A stretch of 62,739 bases of DNA, counting the filler, from Asterionella formosa (taxonomy: Eukaryota): NCBI GenBank assembly GCA_002256025.1. It is 5 parts of 5 records of this genome, joined end to end, with 100 filler letters (N's around TTAATTAATTAA, not from the genome) between each part and the next. Parts side by side here need not be neighbours in the genome. Positions count along the whole stretch, not along the records: positions 50,284 to 62,739 come from NKIB01007517.1; 4 more parts are not named here. One strand, given 5' to 3'. Positions 62,421 through 62,739 of this stretch are shown here, one piece after another. The position numbers and the translations under genes are program-made. A model generated the notes under the pieces. That model saw only the letters and a list, made by a program, of their open reading frames with translations, made no database searches and was not told the DNA's origin. Numbering within the stretch: the stretch's first letter is position 1; the number at the start of each line of letters is the position of its first letter.

Positions 62421-62739
62421 AGAAGTAGTTGAGACAATATCGTGCCATTGAAACAGCACAATGATAGAATTCACATACTTTGGTAATGTAGAATCAAGTC
62501 AATTTATTCCATACACTGCAATAGAATCATGCAATTGCATGAAGTCGTTTGATGATGTTCCCCAAGCACAAGGGGTGAATCATGAGTGTCTAGTCAGTCT
62601 GTCTACATTTTATAGCTGAATGGGTACGATATGTCTGCCAGAGTAAGACAAGTTTCTGACCAAAATCTCATGTCCACACCAAGTGCACACTTCGTCGACA
62701 TGAGTATACAATGTTGGCAGTTTACGTGTGAGAGTGCTC

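Overview
Eukaryotic genomic DNA, almost certainly a diatom. Evidence: CoDi-type Ty1/copia elements, diatom-style LRR and sulfotransferase-like families, short GT-AG introns. The window is several contigs joined by artificial 100-bp spacers (44 N + TTAATTAATTAA + 44 N), plus two real N gaps. Bases 1-48.7 kb are mostly nested, decayed transposons. They include a complete two-gene PIF/Harbinger-type element (TSD ATT) and three Ty1/copia elements; one of these has a chromodomain-like segment and a primer site matching the anticodon arm of elongator tRNA-Met. Non-LTR and tyrosine-recombinase fragments are also present. A DNA-transposon family with (T)GTCTGC...GCAGACA termini occurs several times; one copy has a 2-bp TSD, one holds a Plavaka-like transposase, and a related terminus-less remnant carries unknown ORFs and a Ulp1-like remnant. 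Two host genes sit among the elements: a secreted Cys-domain/PTPWPT-repeat protein, and an LRR receptor-like gene split across the two ends of one contig by an exact 231-bp repeat. Bases 50.3-62.7 kb are gene-dense: purple acid phosphatase, two sulfotransferase-like paralogs, ASF1 and NAC-alpha head-to-head, and an internally duplicated mucin-like membrane protein. All family assignments come from motif recognition by eye; no searches were run.
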